A stretch of DNA of 64,000 bases from an uncultured Rhodothermales bacterium (lineage in GTDB: Bacteria; Bacteroidota; Rhodothermia; Rhodothermales; VXPQ01): contig CAZSNF010000012.1 of the NCBI GenBank assembly GCA_964608315.1, positions 31,718 through 95,717 of the forward strand. Reading direction: 5' to 3'. Each line of letters begins with the position of its first letter. The first letter of the stretch is position 1. The notes below the pieces were generated by a model. It saw only the letters and a list, made by a program, of their open reading frames with translations, was not told the origin of the DNA and made no database searches. Shown here one piece after another: positions 1 to 9,941 of the stretch. The position numbers were made by a program, and so were the translations under genes.

Positions 1-843
1 GAAAAGGCGCGCCAGCACGCGATCCTTTTCCATAGGGTCGGTTACATAATACCGATACTCCATCGTTTCGACGCTTTCCTGGCCCGCGCTTAACGAAATA
101 AACCGGGGCTCCGTAAGAAAGTCGCGGCTGAGCGAACGAACTCTGGGAGGAATCGTGGCGCTGAACATCAATGTGCACCGTTCGGCGGGCAAATACCGCC
201 TCAACGCCTGCATGTCCGGGTAAAAACCCATGGAAAGCATCTCGTCGGCTTCGTCGAAAATGACATGGTCGAGGTTTCGAAAATCGGCGTTGCCTCGGCT
301 AAGATGATCGAGAATCCGACCGGGCGTACCGATAACGACCTGGGCGCCGCCCTGCAACCCGCGGACCTGCGGACGATAATCGACGCCGCCGTACACCAGC
401 ACGGAATCCAGTGCGCGGGTTTCGGGAGTAGCCTGTTTCATGTGCTCGAACACCTCGTTGATCTGCTTGGCCAACTCGCGGGTGGGCGACATAACGAGCG
501 CTTGCGCAACGCGACGCGACGAATCCAGACGCTCGAAAAGCGGCAACAGAAACGCGCCCGTCTTGCCAGACCCGGTGCGGGACTGCACGATGAGGTCGGC
601 CCCTTCGAGAATATGAGGAATGACTTGCTCCTGAACGGGCATGAGCGAATCCCATCCGGCGGCGCCCAGCGCCGCGCGCATGATTTCCGGCAAGTCGTCC
701 AGCGACGCCCCCGGCAGGTCTTCGGCGGCGCCCTCTCGTATATCCTGAATCTGCTGCTCGCTATGCTGCTCGCGCTGGGCGCGACGGGTCAAGTCGATGA
801 CCCTGGTATAGGAAAAGGATGATTTGTCTTCGCGCTCACTCAT
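1..843 (-). CDS. DEAD-box ATP-dependent RNA helicase, N-terminal part (C-terminus runs off the window)
   Basis: Own minus-strand translation from the ATG at 843 gives MSEREDKSSFSY... Motifs seen: SRTGSGKT (Walker A), PTRELA, TPGR, FDEADEM (DEAD) and SAT. It is absent from the ORF track because no stop lies inside the window. Confidence 0.9.
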   Translation of the reverse strand, partial: MSEREDKSSFSYTRVIDLTRRAQREQHSEQQIQDIREGAAEDLPGASLDDLPEIMRAALGAAGWDSLMPVQEQVIPHILEGADLIVQSRTGSGKTGAFLLPLFERLDSSRRVAQALVMSPTRELAKQINEVFEHMKQATPETRALDSVLVYGGVDYRPQVRGLQGGAQVVIGTPGRILDHLSRGNADFRNLDHVIFDEADEMLSMGFYPDMQALRRYLPAERCTLMFSATIPPRVRSLSRDFLTEPRFISLSAGQESVETMEYRYYVTDPMEKDRVLARLF

Positions 844-896
844 AAAAAATAACCTGTTGTTTGGGGCGCGGGCCGAAAACGACAGGCCCGGCAGGG

Positions 897-1646
897 TCAC
901 ATGGCAAGACCTCCGTCCACATGCAGCACATGTCCCGTGATGTAATCCGCGGCGGAAGAAACCAGAAAATGCACGGCGTTCGCGACGTCCTGGGGCGTGG
1001 CCGTGCGTTTCAGCGCCGCCGTATCGAGCAAGGCGTTGCGGGCGGCGTCGCTCAACCCGGACGTCATATCCGTTTCCACATAGCCCGGGGCCACCACATT
1101 TACGGTGACTCCGCGGCCGCCAAGCTCCCTGGCGAGGCTCTTCGAAAAACCTGTGACCCCCGCCTTGGAAGCCGCATAGTTCGTTTGTCCCGCGTTGCCC
1201 GAGACGCCTATCACCGACGACATATTCACGATCTTGCCGCCCCGCTGCTTCATCATGGGCCGGTACGCCATTTTGCAGAAATTGAACACGCTTTTCAGGT
1301 TGGCGTCCACCACGGCGTCCCAGTCCCGCTCACTCATCCGAAGCATCAGGTTGTCTCGCGTAATGCCGGCGTTATTGACCAGAATGTCTATGGCGCCCCA
1401 TGCTTCCAGTACGCCGCCCACCGCTTCTTCGGCAGAAGATATGTTCGCGGCGTCTCCCTGAAAAACAAGACATTCCGAACCGGATTCCTCCAGCCGCCGA
1501 CAAAGCGCCTGCGCCTGGTCCGTGGAAGATCGGTACGTAAAGGCCACGCGCGCGCCCGCCGCAGCCAGCGTTTCGACGACAGCCCGGCCAATGCCCCGGG
1601 AAGCGCCCGTAACAAGCGCCGTTTTTCCGTTCAGATCAAAAGCCAT
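897..1646 (-). CDS. fabG: 3-oxoacyl-[ACP] reductase FabG
   Basis: ORF 897..1676, trimmed to the ATG at 1646 (MAFDLNGKTALVTGASRGIG...). SDR motifs TGxxxGIG, NNAG and YxxxK (YAASK) are present. It sits in a fab operon. Confidence 0.93.
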   Translation of the reverse strand: MAFDLNGKTALVTGASRGIGRAVVETLAAAGARVAFTYRSSTDQAQALCRRLEESGSECLVFQGDAANISSAEEAVGGVLEAWGAIDILVNNAGITRDNLMLRMSERDWDAVVDANLKSVFNFCKMAYRPMMKQRGGKIVNMSSVIGVSGNAGQTNYAASKAGVTGFSKSLARELGGRGVTVNVVAPGYVETDMTSGLSDAARNALLDTAALKRTATPQDVANAVHFLVSSAADYITGHVLHVDGGLAM

Positions 1647-1711
1647 GGTTCCGAAGAAATCGGTGAATGAGAACAAGGAGGCCCGTGCGCCTCGACCCGG
1701 CGCGGCGGCGG

Positions 1712-2659
1712 TCAGACTCCGTTGGCGAGCATCGCCGTCAGCTCATCCGCTTTTCCGGCGGAAAAAGTCTGGACGTTGCGACCCAGGGTACGGCGCGTCA
1801 GGCCGTACAGCACCTTCCCCGCGCCGACTTCGATATATGCGTCGGCGCCGTCCGCATGCATGTTCCGGAGCGACCGGGACCAATGCACGGGCGACGCAAG
1901 CTGCGCCACGAGCGCCTTGCGGATTTCGTCGGGATCGCGCGCAGCGGAAGCCGTCACGTTAAGGTACACAGGAAAACGGAGAGGATGAATCGCGCATCCC
2001 GAAAGCGCGCGTTCGAGTCCGTCCCGGGCCTGCTCCATAAGGGGCGAGTGAAAAGCGCCGTTTACGGGCAACGGAACCACGCGGCGAGCGCCTTGCGTAC
2101 GCGCCTCCTGCATAGCCCGTTTGACGGCGAATGCATCTCCGGATATGACCACCTGTCCGGGAGCATTGAAATTCGCGGTCACCACCACGTCGGAAGGCGC
2201 TGAAACGGCCTCGCACACACCCGCCACATCATCGTCTTCCATGCCAAGTACGGCGGCCATGGCGCCGGGTCGTTCGTCGTCCGCGGCGGCCATCAGTTCG
2301 CCGCGCCGCCGCACAAGATGCAACCCGTCCTCGAAAGAAAAAGCGCCCGCCGCAACGAGGGCGCTGTACTCGCCAAGACTGTGGCCCGCCGCCATAGCTG
2401 CGGAGAACCTGGCGCGGCGCAGTATAGCCATGACCGCCATACTGTGTACGTACAGCGCAGGCTGCGTCCTGTCGGTCCGCTTCAAAGCGCCGCCGTTTTC
2501 GTCCGGCTTGCCGAACATGGCCTCCGAAACAGAAAAGGGCAGCAACCGATCTGCCCGGTCTATGACTTCGCGGGCTTCGGCGAAGCGTTCGTACAGATCC
2601 TCGGCCATGCCCGCGTACTGGCTCCCCTGGCCCGGAAAAATAAAAGCGGCTTTTCGCAT
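1712..2659 (-). CDS. fabD: malonyl-CoA:ACP transacylase FabD
   Basis: ORF 1712..2827, trimmed to the ATG at 2659 (MRKAAFIFPGQGSQYAGM...). GHSLGE active-site motif present. Confidence 0.93.
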   Translation of the reverse strand: MRKAAFIFPGQGSQYAGMAEDLYERFAEAREVIDRADRLLPFSVSEAMFGKPDENGGALKRTDRTQPALYVHSMAVMAILRRARFSAAMAAGHSLGEYSALVAAGAFSFEDGLHLVRRRGELMAAADDERPGAMAAVLGMEDDDVAGVCEAVSAPSDVVVTANFNAPGQVVISGDAFAVKRAMQEARTQGARRVVPLPVNGAFHSPLMEQARDGLERALSGCAIHPLRFPVYLNVTASAARDPDEIRKALVAQLASPVHWSRSLRNMHADGADAYIEVGAGKVLYGLTRRTLGRNVQTFSAGKADELTAMLANGV

Positions 2660-2664
2660 CGTCG

Positions 2665-3702
2665 CTACAACTCCGCGGCTACATACGATGCCGTCTCCCT
2701 TGCCGCCGCCTTGCCGCCATCGTAGGCCCAGCGAAGATAACAGGAACCCCACGTAAATCCGCCTCCGAACGCCACCAGCACCAGGGAATCCCCACGGCGC
2801 AGTTCCCACTCCCGATCCGCAAAACACAGGGGAATGGTGGCGGCGGTCGTATTGCCGTACCGGTCGATATTGACCATCACCTTGTCGCTATCGAGACCCA
2901 TCTGGCGGGCCGTCGTATCGATAATGCGCTGGTTGGCCTGGTGCGGCACGAGGTAACGAATATCGTCTACCCCCAACTGGTGGCGGTTCATGATCTCTGC
3001 GGCGGCGCGAGCCATGCCGTCCACAGCGTATTTGAACACTGCGCGTCCTTGCTGCTGCAAAAAATGCATTCCTTTCGCCACCGTTTCGTAGGTGGGGGGA
3101 CGCAGGCTCCCGCCCCCCGGCATGGAAAGCAGCCCGGCGTGTTTCCCGTCGATGCGCTGATAAAAATCGATAATGCCGCAATCCCCGGGATCGGGCTCCA
3201 GAAGCACGGCGGCGGCGCCGTCCCCAAAAAGAACGCATGTGCTCCGGTCCTCGAAATTCGTAATGCCCGACATTTTGTCCGCCCCAATGACGAGCACCTT
3301 CTCGTACCGCCCGCTTTCGATCATTTGCGCCCCGGTCGAAAGCGCAAAAAGAAACCCGCTGCACGCAGCGGAAAGATCGAATCCCCAGGCATTCGATGCG
3401 CCGATTTCATGCTGCACCAGACAAGCCGTCGCAGGAAAAAACATATCCGGCGTAATGGTGGCGACAATAATCGCATCGATTTCTTCCGGGCCCAGCCCCC
3501 GCTTCTCAATCAAATCCTCCGCCGCTCTCGAAGCCATCCAGGCGGTGGCCTTGTCGGGATCGCGAAGAATACGGCGCTCCCGAATACCCGTGCGCGTCCG
3601 TATCCATTCGTCGTCGGTGTCGACCAATTGCTCAAGATCCGCGTTCGTCAGCCGGTCTTCGGGGAGAAAATGCCCAACCGCTGTAATAGCCGCATAGCTC
3701 AT
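2665..3702 (-). CDS. fabH: 3-oxoacyl-ACP synthase III FabH
   Basis: ORF 2665..3726; the likely start is the ATG at 3702 ([14 protein letters not shown]...), with an alternative ATG at 3726. Active-site context SAACSGF and the C-terminal GGGFTWG motif are typical of FabH. Confidence 0.93.
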   Translation of the reverse strand: MSYAAITAVGHFLPEDRLTNADLEQLVDTDDEWIRTRTGIRERRILRDPDKATAWMASRAAEDLIEKRGLGPEEIDAIIVATITPDMFFPATACLVQHEIGASNAWGFDLSAACSGFLFALSTGAQMIESGRYEKVLVIGADKMSGITNFEDRSTCVLFGDGAAAVLLEPDPGDCGIIDFYQRIDGKHAGLLSMPGGGSLRPPTYETVAKGMHFLQQQGRAVFKYAVDGMARAAAEIMNRHQLGVDDIRYLVPHQANQRIIDTTARQMGLDSDKVMVNIDRYGNTTAATIPLCFADREWELRRGDSLVLVAFGGGFTWGSCYLRWAYDGGKAAARETASYVAAEL

Positions 3703-3767
3703 GGCGCTGTTCGTCGCTGATTGCATGATCGGGGATACGCCTTCTGCATACAGAATGGCTCGGAGCG

Positions 3768-4775
3768 TTATTTGCCGAATGCCTTGTTCATTGCCTCAAG
3801 CGCCCCGTGCCGCGCCACATCGGCGGCCACAAGAATCATGCGCTCGATGGCGCGAACCGACGACCCGCCGTGGCCAATCATCACATTGCCGTTTACCCCA
3901 AGCAGCAGCGCGCCGCCATACTCTTCGTAGCTGAACCGAAGGCGTACGGCGGAAAGCGCCTCCCGCACCATCTCCTTGTCCGCATCGGAAAACGCCCGCC
4001 GCGTCATTTCTTCCGATACCATCCGGGGAATCGCAGAGGCCACGCTCTCCCCGAACTTGAGCAGAATATTGCCCACGAACCCGTCGCAAACCACGACGTC
4101 GGCCATATGATGCAGAATGTCCCGCCCCTCGATATTCCCGCAAAAGTGAATGTCCGGAGACGCCTGAAGGAGTTTGTAGGCCTCCTTGACCTGCTCGTTG
4201 CCCTTCCGGGCTTCCTCTCCAAGGTTCACCAGGGCCACCTTCGGCCTGGGAATCTGCATCGCCGCAGAGGCGTAAATCGAGCCCATCTTCGCAAACTGAA
4301 GCAAATGCTCCGGGCGGCAATCCACATTGGTGCCCACGTCAAGCATGATGCAATGGCCCCGGGTAGTGGGGAAAAACGCAACGATCGAGGGGCGCGCAAC
4401 GCCCCGCATGGCGCCAAGCACGAAAAGCGAGGCCGCCATGACGGCGCCCGTATTGCCTGCGCTGACGAATGCGTGCGCCGCGCCTTCCCGCATGGCGCCA
4501 AGCCCAATATGAATGGAAGAGCCCTGCTTCGTTTTTACAGCGGCCGCAGGCGCCTCGTCCATGCCGATCGAATCGGGCGCATGCACGATGCGCAACGGCA
4601 ACCTGTCGACAAGCTCTTTTTTATGGGCAATCTCGGCTTGCAGAGCGTCTCGCCGCCCTACAAGAAGCACTTCAAGATCCCCGTCCGAAGCGTCCAGCGC
4701 ATGAATGGCGCCCTCAACGACAACGGCGGGAGCCTTGTCGCCCCCCATAGCATCAACCGCTACCCGAATGGCCAT
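3768..4775 (-). CDS. plsX: phosphate acyltransferase PlsX
   Basis: ORF begins [16 protein letters not shown]..., the typical PlsX N-terminus. It has the conserved position between rpmF and fabH. Confidence 0.93.
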   Translation of the reverse strand: MAIRVAVDAMGGDKAPAVVVEGAIHALDASDGDLEVLLVGRRDALQAEIAHKKELVDRLPLRIVHAPDSIGMDEAPAAAVKTKQGSSIHIGLGAMREGAAHAFVSAGNTGAVMAASLFVLGAMRGVARPSIVAFFPTTRGHCIMLDVGTNVDCRPEHLLQFAKMGSIYASAAMQIPRPKVALVNLGEEARKGNEQVKEAYKLLQASPDIHFCGNIEGRDILHHMADVVVCDGFVGNILLKFGESVASAIPRMVSEEMTRRAFSDADKEMVREALSAVRLRFSYEEYGGALLLGVNGNVMIGHGGSSVRAIERMILVAADVARHGALEAMNKAFGK

Positions 4776-4823
4776 ATTTCAAGGTATGAAGAAGCGACCG
4801 GCGAACCGGACGCAATGCATGGC

Positions 4824-5015
4824 CTAAATAACTCCTTTGGGCCCGATCACCTGACGGCCCCGGTAATAACCGCAACTGGGACAGGCGTGATGCAAAAGCT
4901 TCAACGTACCGCAGTTGAGACACTCGGTTATCTGAGGTTCTTTCAAGCTGCCGTAATACCGCGCGCGGCGCTGCCGCGTACGAGCCTTGGAATGTTTTCT
5001 TTTGGGATTCGCCAT
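4824..5015 (-). CDS. rpmF: 50S ribosomal protein L32
   Basis: ORF 4824..5078, trimmed to the ATG at 5015 (MANPKRKHSKARTRQRRA...). A C-x2-C ... C-x2-C zinc-ribbon is present. Confidence 0.9.
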   Translation of the reverse strand: MANPKRKHSKARTRQRRARYYGSLKEPQITECLNCGTLKLLHHACPSCGYYRGRQVIGPKGVI

Positions 5016-5070
5016 GATTTTTTGTGTTCGCCGATAAGCATAGCTGTTGGCGTGCGCGCCTGCCTGACCT

Positions 5071-5568
5071 TCAGTCATTCTCCGACTTTAATGCGCCAAG
5101 GGCTTCCCAGCGCGGGTCTATGCTATTGTCCTGCGTTCCTTTCGGAATACCGAATGTTGTCGGAATGTCTATGTCTTCTGCTCCGGGAGCAATGCGACGC
5201 GCCGGCACCGCAAGCAAAATCGTGTCTCGCGCAACATCGGTAAGGTCCAGGGCCCGATCGCTCGGATCCAGTAACCTGACCTCGTTGCAACGGTTTTTGC
5301 TCCCGCTTGCGAATCCGGCGCAAGAGAACAGGACGCAGTACGTACCCTCGATCTGCCGATCAAAGGAACGCAGCGTACGGTCGCATTCCAGTATGGCCTG
5401 CGCCCGAACCGTCAGCGAAACAAGGATTTGCGTCTCGGCCACATCCAGTCGCGCGGAGACGTCCACATCCCGAAACACCGAAGGATCCAATTCCAGCGCC
5501 TCGGCCTCCGGCCTGAACGTTCGTTCATGCACGCCCGGCTTTAGCGCTTCGATACCTATCGCAAACAT
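5071..5568 (-). CDS. YceD/DUF177 family protein
   Basis: 165-aa ORF directly upstream of rpmF, which is the conserved yceD-rpmF-plsX arrangement. Acidic C-terminus. Confidence 0.8.
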   Translation of the reverse strand: MFAIGIEALKPGVHERTFRPEAEALELDPSVFRDVDVSARLDVAETQILVSLTVRAQAILECDRTLRSFDRQIEGTYCVLFSCAGFASGSKNRCNEVRLLDPSDRALDLTDVARDTILLAVPARRIAPGAEDIDIPTTFGIPKGTQDNSIDPRWEALGALKSEND

Positions 5569-5577
5569 GACAGCACG

Positions 5578-5721
5578 TCAAATCTGTTCCATCCAACGAA
5601 GATATGCACGCTCGCGTTCCGGGGCAAAAACGATGGGACGCATTTTGGCCAACGCCGCCGCAAAGATCAGGGTATCCTCAATACGTTTCGGCTTGTCTTT
5701 TTCTCCCGAAATCGTTACCAT
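5578..5721 (-). CDS. hypothetical small protein (47 aa)
   Basis: Own translation: MVTISGEKDKPKRIEDTLIFAAALAKMRPIVFAPERERAYLRWMEQI. It runs from the ATG at 5721 to a stop 10 nt before the yceD start, with an in-frame TAA upstream. It is below the ORF-track size cutoff and I recognise no family. Confidence 0.25.
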   Translation of the reverse strand: MVTISGEKDKPKRIEDTLIFAAALAKMRPIVFAPERERAYLRWMEQI

Positions 5722-5806
5722 CCTGCCATGCGCCCTCGGGAATTACGCATGGCGCCGTCGAATGCCGCAGAAAGATTCCCGGGGATCGCGCCAGACGCGA
5801 CCTGTT

Positions 5807-6032
5807 TGTGAACAACGTGTGGACAAGCAGGTTGCCCAGTCAAAAACAAATCGTCCATGACGATAACTACGAAGCAGTACGTGTGAAAAAAATCCGCATC
5901 CTTACGTTTAAACCATTTTTTTACGGGGATATAGGGCAAAAAACGCGGTGTGTATAACCTGTGAGCGCATCTGTGGCGAGCCAAAGAGGGAACGGGCGCG
6001 TATGCAGCGGAATTTTTTTCGGTTGTGAATAA
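5807..6032. promoter_or_regulatory. DnaA-box cluster A upstream of dnaA (dnaA promoter and/or oriC candidate)
   Basis: Four 9-mers lie within 1-2 mismatches of TGTGGATAA: TGTGAACAA 5807-5815, TGTGGACAA 5818-5826, TGTGTATAA 5949-5957 and TGTGAATAA 6024-6032. A moderately AT-rich stretch lies at about 5881-5945. Gene orientation switches here, minus to the left and plus to the right. Confidence 0.5.
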
Positions 6033-7296
6033 TAGGTGCATATCGGCCGGGCTCCGGTCCGCAGGCAGCTTTTTCGAGGAAATAAACAGCAAGAACGACG
6101 ACGTGAAACCACCCTTCGGAAACGCATCCGCGCCGCCTTCGGGCCGCCCCGGGAAACCGCCGCACACGGCCGGAACGGCGTCTCCGCCTGGCCCGCCGCC
6201 GCCGGATGCTGCGCTCCATGCCCGGGCAGACGCTTTCGACTCTGCGAGCCCGGTCTTCATTGCATCCGGCCTTCCGCTGAACGCCTCGTACACCTTCGAC
6301 CGATTCATCGAAGGCGATTGCAACCAGTTCGCGCGCAGCGCCGCGCTGGCCATCGCCCAGCAGCCTCGCCATACGGCCTTCAACCCGCTGCTGATCTATG
6401 GCGGAGTCGGCCTGGGCAAAACGCACCTTGTGCAGGCTATCGGCAACCATGTCCGGCAGCACAGCAATTACAATGTCCTTTATACGTCGAGCGACCACTT
6501 CACGTCGGACTATATGCAATCGCTCCAGACCAACCGGAATAACGAGTTCGTCGCATTTTACAGCGACATAGACCTGCTCATCATCGACGACGTCCAGTTC
6601 TTCAGCAACCAGCCGAAAACGCAGGAAGGCCTCTTCCATACCTTCAACCTCCTGCATCAGACCGGAAAACAGATCGTTTTCTCGACGGATCGGGCGCCCC
6701 AGGACATTCCCGGCGTGGCGGACCGATTGCTTTCGCGGTTTCAGGGAGGACTCGTGGCCGACCTGCAACAGCCCGAGCTGGAAACCCGCATCGCTATTCT
6801 GAACCGCAAGGCCAACGACCAGGGCATCGACATTCCCTACGAATTCATCGAATTCATCGCCCGGCACATCAAGAAGAATGTTCGCGAACTGGAAAGCGCC
6901 CTCATACGGCTACTGGCGCACGCTACGTTGCACCGGCGCGAAATAGATATGCCGCTCATCCGGGAGGCACTGAGCGAACTGCCCGACGACGCGCAGGCGA
7001 AACCGACGGTGGAAAATATCCGCCGCACCGCCTGCGCATATTTCGGGATCGCCGAAGACCTGGTGCTGGGACGGAGCCGCAACCGGGAAATCGTGCAGGC
7101 GCGCCATGTGGGAATGTACTTCAGCAAAAAGCTGACCGGACATTCCCTCGCCACGATAGGCCGGTATTTCGGCGGCAAGGACCATTCGACCGTAATCCAT
7201 GCCTGCCGATGCGTCGAGAACCTGATGGAAACGGATCCGAACTTCCGGGAAACGCTCAAACGAATCCATCGGGAAATTGAAACAGGTTATCGGTAA
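6025..7296 (+). CDS. dnaA: chromosomal replication initiator DnaA (apparently lacking domain I)
   Basis: AAA+ core NPLLIYGGVGLGKTHL (Walker A), LLIIDDVQF (Walker B), and a C-terminal DNA-binding domain (...IVQARHVGMYFSKKLTGHSLATIGRYFGGKDHSTVIHA). The ORF starts at the GTG at 6025 and has no in-frame ATG before the AAA+ domain. The start is uncertain; the next GTG is at 6103. Confidence 0.9.
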   Translation: MNNRCISAGLRSAGSFFEEINSKNDDVKPPFGNASAPPSGRPGKPPHTAGTASPPGPPPPDAALHARADAFDSASPVFIASGLPLNASYTFDRFIEGDCNQFARSAALAIAQQPRHTAFNPLLIYGGVGLGKTHLVQAIGNHVRQHSNYNVLYTSSDHFTSDYMQSLQTNRNNEFVAFYSDIDLLIIDDVQFFSNQPKTQEGLFHTFNLLHQTGKQIVFSTDRAPQDIPGVADRLLSRFQGGLVADLQQPELETRIAILNRKANDQGIDIPYEFIEFIARHIKKNVRELESALIRLLAHATLHRREIDMPLIREALSELPDDAQAKPTVENIRRTACAYFGIAEDLVLGRSRNREIVQARHVGMYFSKKLTGHSLATIGRYFGGKDHSTVIHACRCVENLMETDPNFRETLKRIHREIETGYR

Positions 7297-7412
7297 CTCT
7301 TTCTTCCCGATATTGTTATCTTGGGAAACAGGGACCTTAACCGGTTTCCCCGAATTGCAGCGTCATCCGTCGCCGCGCATGTGCCACCTGAGCGTATCGA
7401 AATAGTAACGCC

Positions 7413-8531
7413 ATGAAATTTACCGCCTCCAGCGCCGCACTCCTAAAGGCGCTGACCACCACCGGGGGAGCTGTCCCCGCCAAAAGCACCCTGCCCATTC
7501 TGGAGTGCATCCTTTTCGAACAAGTTGACGAGACGCGCCTCAGCCTGAGCGCAACGGACCTGGAGGTCACCATCGTACAGCAGGTCGAAGTGCAATTCGA
7601 AAGCACATCGGCCCGCCGCATCGCCGTGCCTGCCCGCCGCCTCCTGGACACGCTGCGCGCCCTGCCGGAAGTGCCGATTTCGTTCGAGGCGAACGATGAA
7701 TTTCATATCGTGCTCAAAACCGAGGCGGGCGAATACAAAATGTCCGGGCACGACGGCGGAGACTACCCGTCCCTGCCCGATCTCGACCCGGAACACACTA
7801 TCGAAACGAACGGCGACCTGATTCGCCGCGCGATCGACAAGACCAGTTTCGCGGTCAGCAAGGACGCGCTGCGACCCGCCATGATGGGCGTGTATTTTCA
7901 GATCGGGCCGGAACCGGGACGCGCCGTGGCGACGGACGGGCATCGCCTTGTGCGCATGCAAATGGACTCCATGATTTCGGACGAGGACGCGAATTTCATC
8001 ATCCCGGAAAAAGCGCTCTCGCTGGCCAACAAGATTTTATCCGGAGAAACCTGCGTCATTCTGGTGGATTCGGGCTATGCGTGCTTCGACGCAGGCAATA
8101 CGCGCATCCTGGTGCGGCTTATCGCCGAGGCGTATCCCAACTACGAAGCGGTTATCCCCAAAGACAACGACAAGCAAATTGTCGTGGAGCGGAACGCACT
8201 GCTCGCCGCCGTAAAACGGGTCAGCCTGTATTCGTCCAACCTGACGCCCCAGATTCGCCTGATGCTCCATCCGGATCACATTGAGATCGATGCGCAGGAT
8301 ATCGAGCGGTCCAGCGAAGCGCACGAGACCGTCCCGTGCGAATACAACGGCGACCCGATGCCCATCGGATTCAACGCCACCTATCTGAACGAGGTCCTGG
8401 GACACATTGACGACGAGGAGATCGTTATAGAGTTCAGTTCCCCGAATCGCGCCGGCGTGGTCACGCCGCATACTCAGCGGGACGGGGAGCATGTGCTGAT
8501 GCTCATCATGCCGGTCATGCTGAACCATTGA
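7413..8531 (+). CDS. dnaN: DNA polymerase III beta sliding clamp
   Basis: 372-aa ORF (MKFTASSAALLKAL...MPVMLNH), immediately downstream of dnaA. Confidence 0.95.
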   Translation: MKFTASSAALLKALTTTGGAVPAKSTLPILECILFEQVDETRLSLSATDLEVTIVQQVEVQFESTSARRIAVPARRLLDTLRALPEVPISFEANDEFHIVLKTEAGEYKMSGHDGGDYPSLPDLDPEHTIETNGDLIRRAIDKTSFAVSKDALRPAMMGVYFQIGPEPGRAVATDGHRLVRMQMDSMISDEDANFIIPEKALSLANKILSGETCVILVDSGYACFDAGNTRILVRLIAEAYPNYEAVIPKDNDKQIVVERNALLAAVKRVSLYSSNLTPQIRLMLHPDHIEIDAQDIERSSEAHETVPCEYNGDPMPIGFNATYLNEVLGHIDDEEIVIEFSSPNRAGVVTPHTQRDGEHVLMLIMPVMLNH

Positions 8532-8539
8532 CCGGCGGA

Positions 8540-9166
8540 TCATTCCAGATTCTTTAGCAACTCCTCGTCTTTGCGCAATCGTTTGACGGCCTTGTAAATG
8601 AAGGCGCGAATAGTCGGGAGCGGGCGGTCCGTGCGCCGCGCAATTTCCGCGTACGACAATCCGCCCAGAAAACGCAGCCGTACGCACGAGCGAAGATGCG
8701 GGGGAAGCCGGTCGATGGCGCCAACCAGCATCTGTTGCTGCGCGCCGTATTCGCGGTAGTTATTCGGCGTTTCGGACACGGAAGTCCCCAACGGGGCGCC
8801 GTCGAGAGCAACTTGCTGCCGCCTTGCGCGAAGGTAGTTGCGGAAGGTGTTCTTGCACACCACGCTGACCCAGCTTGCATAGCGAGACGGTTCCCTGACC
8901 TGGGACTCCCGCATTTCCGTTTTGCGAAACGCTATATCGATCAGGACATCCAGATCGATAGCGCTCCAGGACGACTCCTGAACGAATTTCACGAGAAAAT
9001 ATCTTCGGATGTAGCAGTACGTCCACAATTGAATTACGCTGCGCTCCTGAAGGTCGAGCGTGGCGCGCCAGCGGGCGTAGGCGGCGTTTACGGCGGATGC
9101 GTCGTCAAGACGAAAAGGCAGGCCCGCGGCCAGTTCGTCCAGCGAATCGAAGGATGAGTACGACAT
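8540..9166 (-). CDS. RNA polymerase sigma-70 family (ECF-like) sigma factor
   Basis: The 208-aa ORF has a C-terminal region-4 HTH (LSYAEIARRTDRPLPTIRAFIYKAVKRLR). Its size and region-2-like segment are typical of group 4 sigma factors. Confidence 0.8.
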   Translation of the reverse strand: MSYSSFDSLDELAAGLPFRLDDASAVNAAYARWRATLDLQERSVIQLWTYCYIRRYFLVKFVQESSWSAIDLDVLIDIAFRKTEMRESQVREPSRYASWVSVVCKNTFRNYLRARRQQVALDGAPLGTSVSETPNNYREYGAQQQMLVGAIDRLPPHLRSCVRLRFLGGLSYAEIARRTDRPLPTIRAFIYKAVKRLRKDEELLKNLE

Positions 9167-9304
9167 TAATGATCGGGTGGATAACGTGAGACAGACTCAA
9201 GGATGGAAAACCGAACAGATGGCCCATTCAAAGCGAATACTGGCCAGCCTCGGGCGCTGCAAGACCACTACACAAAAAGACGGTTCGCGCCTGCATCGAA
9301 AAAC

Positions 9305-9333
9305 TTGACGTACAATGCCAAAAGCCGTATATT
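9305..9333 (+). promoter_or_regulatory. sigma-70-like promoter candidate for rplM-rpsI
   Basis: TTGACG (9305-9310), a 17-nt spacer, then TATATT (9328-9333), about 165 nt upstream of the rplM ATG. The promoter consensus of this lineage is unknown to me. Confidence 0.3.
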
Positions 9334-9497
9334 ACTTGGCTACGATGGTTCGTAACGAACGTTTTCGTCTTCAGGAGCGTCCGAACACTCCAACGGAATG
9401 ATCCGACGCCGCGACACCGTCTTGATCGGTATCTGCGCGGGGACATCAGGCTATAAATGATGTGCTGCGTAACAACGGAAGTTAAATAAATTTAGTC

Positions 9498-9941
9498 ATG
9501 GATGCGAACACTTACAAAACTTATTCCGCCAGACCGAGCGACATTGATCGCGCCTGGTACGTCGTGGACGCCAGGGATCAGATCGTCGGTCGGCTTGCGT
9601 CGCGCGTGGCCTCCGTGCTGCGCGGCAAGCACAACCCGCGATTCACGCCCCATATGGACACCGGCGACTTCGTAGTCGTCGTCAATGCGGACAAGGTTCG
9701 CCTGACTGGCAACAAGGAAACGGCGAAGGAGTACTTCCGTTACAGCGGGCATCCAGGCGGAGCGCGGTTCACGACGCCTGCGGAAATGCGCGCTTCCAAA
9801 CCGGAATTCATCGTGCGCAACGCCGTCCGGGGGATGATGCCGAAAGGTCCCCTTGGCCGTCAGATGCTTAAAAAATTAAAGGTGTACGCCGGTCCGGAGC
9901 ATCCGCACGCCGCACAGCAACCCAAAGAGCTCGCGCTGTAA
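9498..9941 (+). CDS. rplM: 50S ribosomal protein L13
   Basis: ORF reads [25 protein letters not shown]...[10 protein letters not shown], typical of L13. Confidence 0.95.
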   Translation: MDANTYKTYSARPSDIDRAWYVVDARDQIVGRLASRVASVLRGKHNPRFTPHMDTGDFVVVVNADKVRLTGNKETAKEYFRYSGHPGGARFTTPAEMRASKPEFIVRNAVRGMMPKGPLGRQMLKKLKVYAGPEHPHAAQQPKELAL

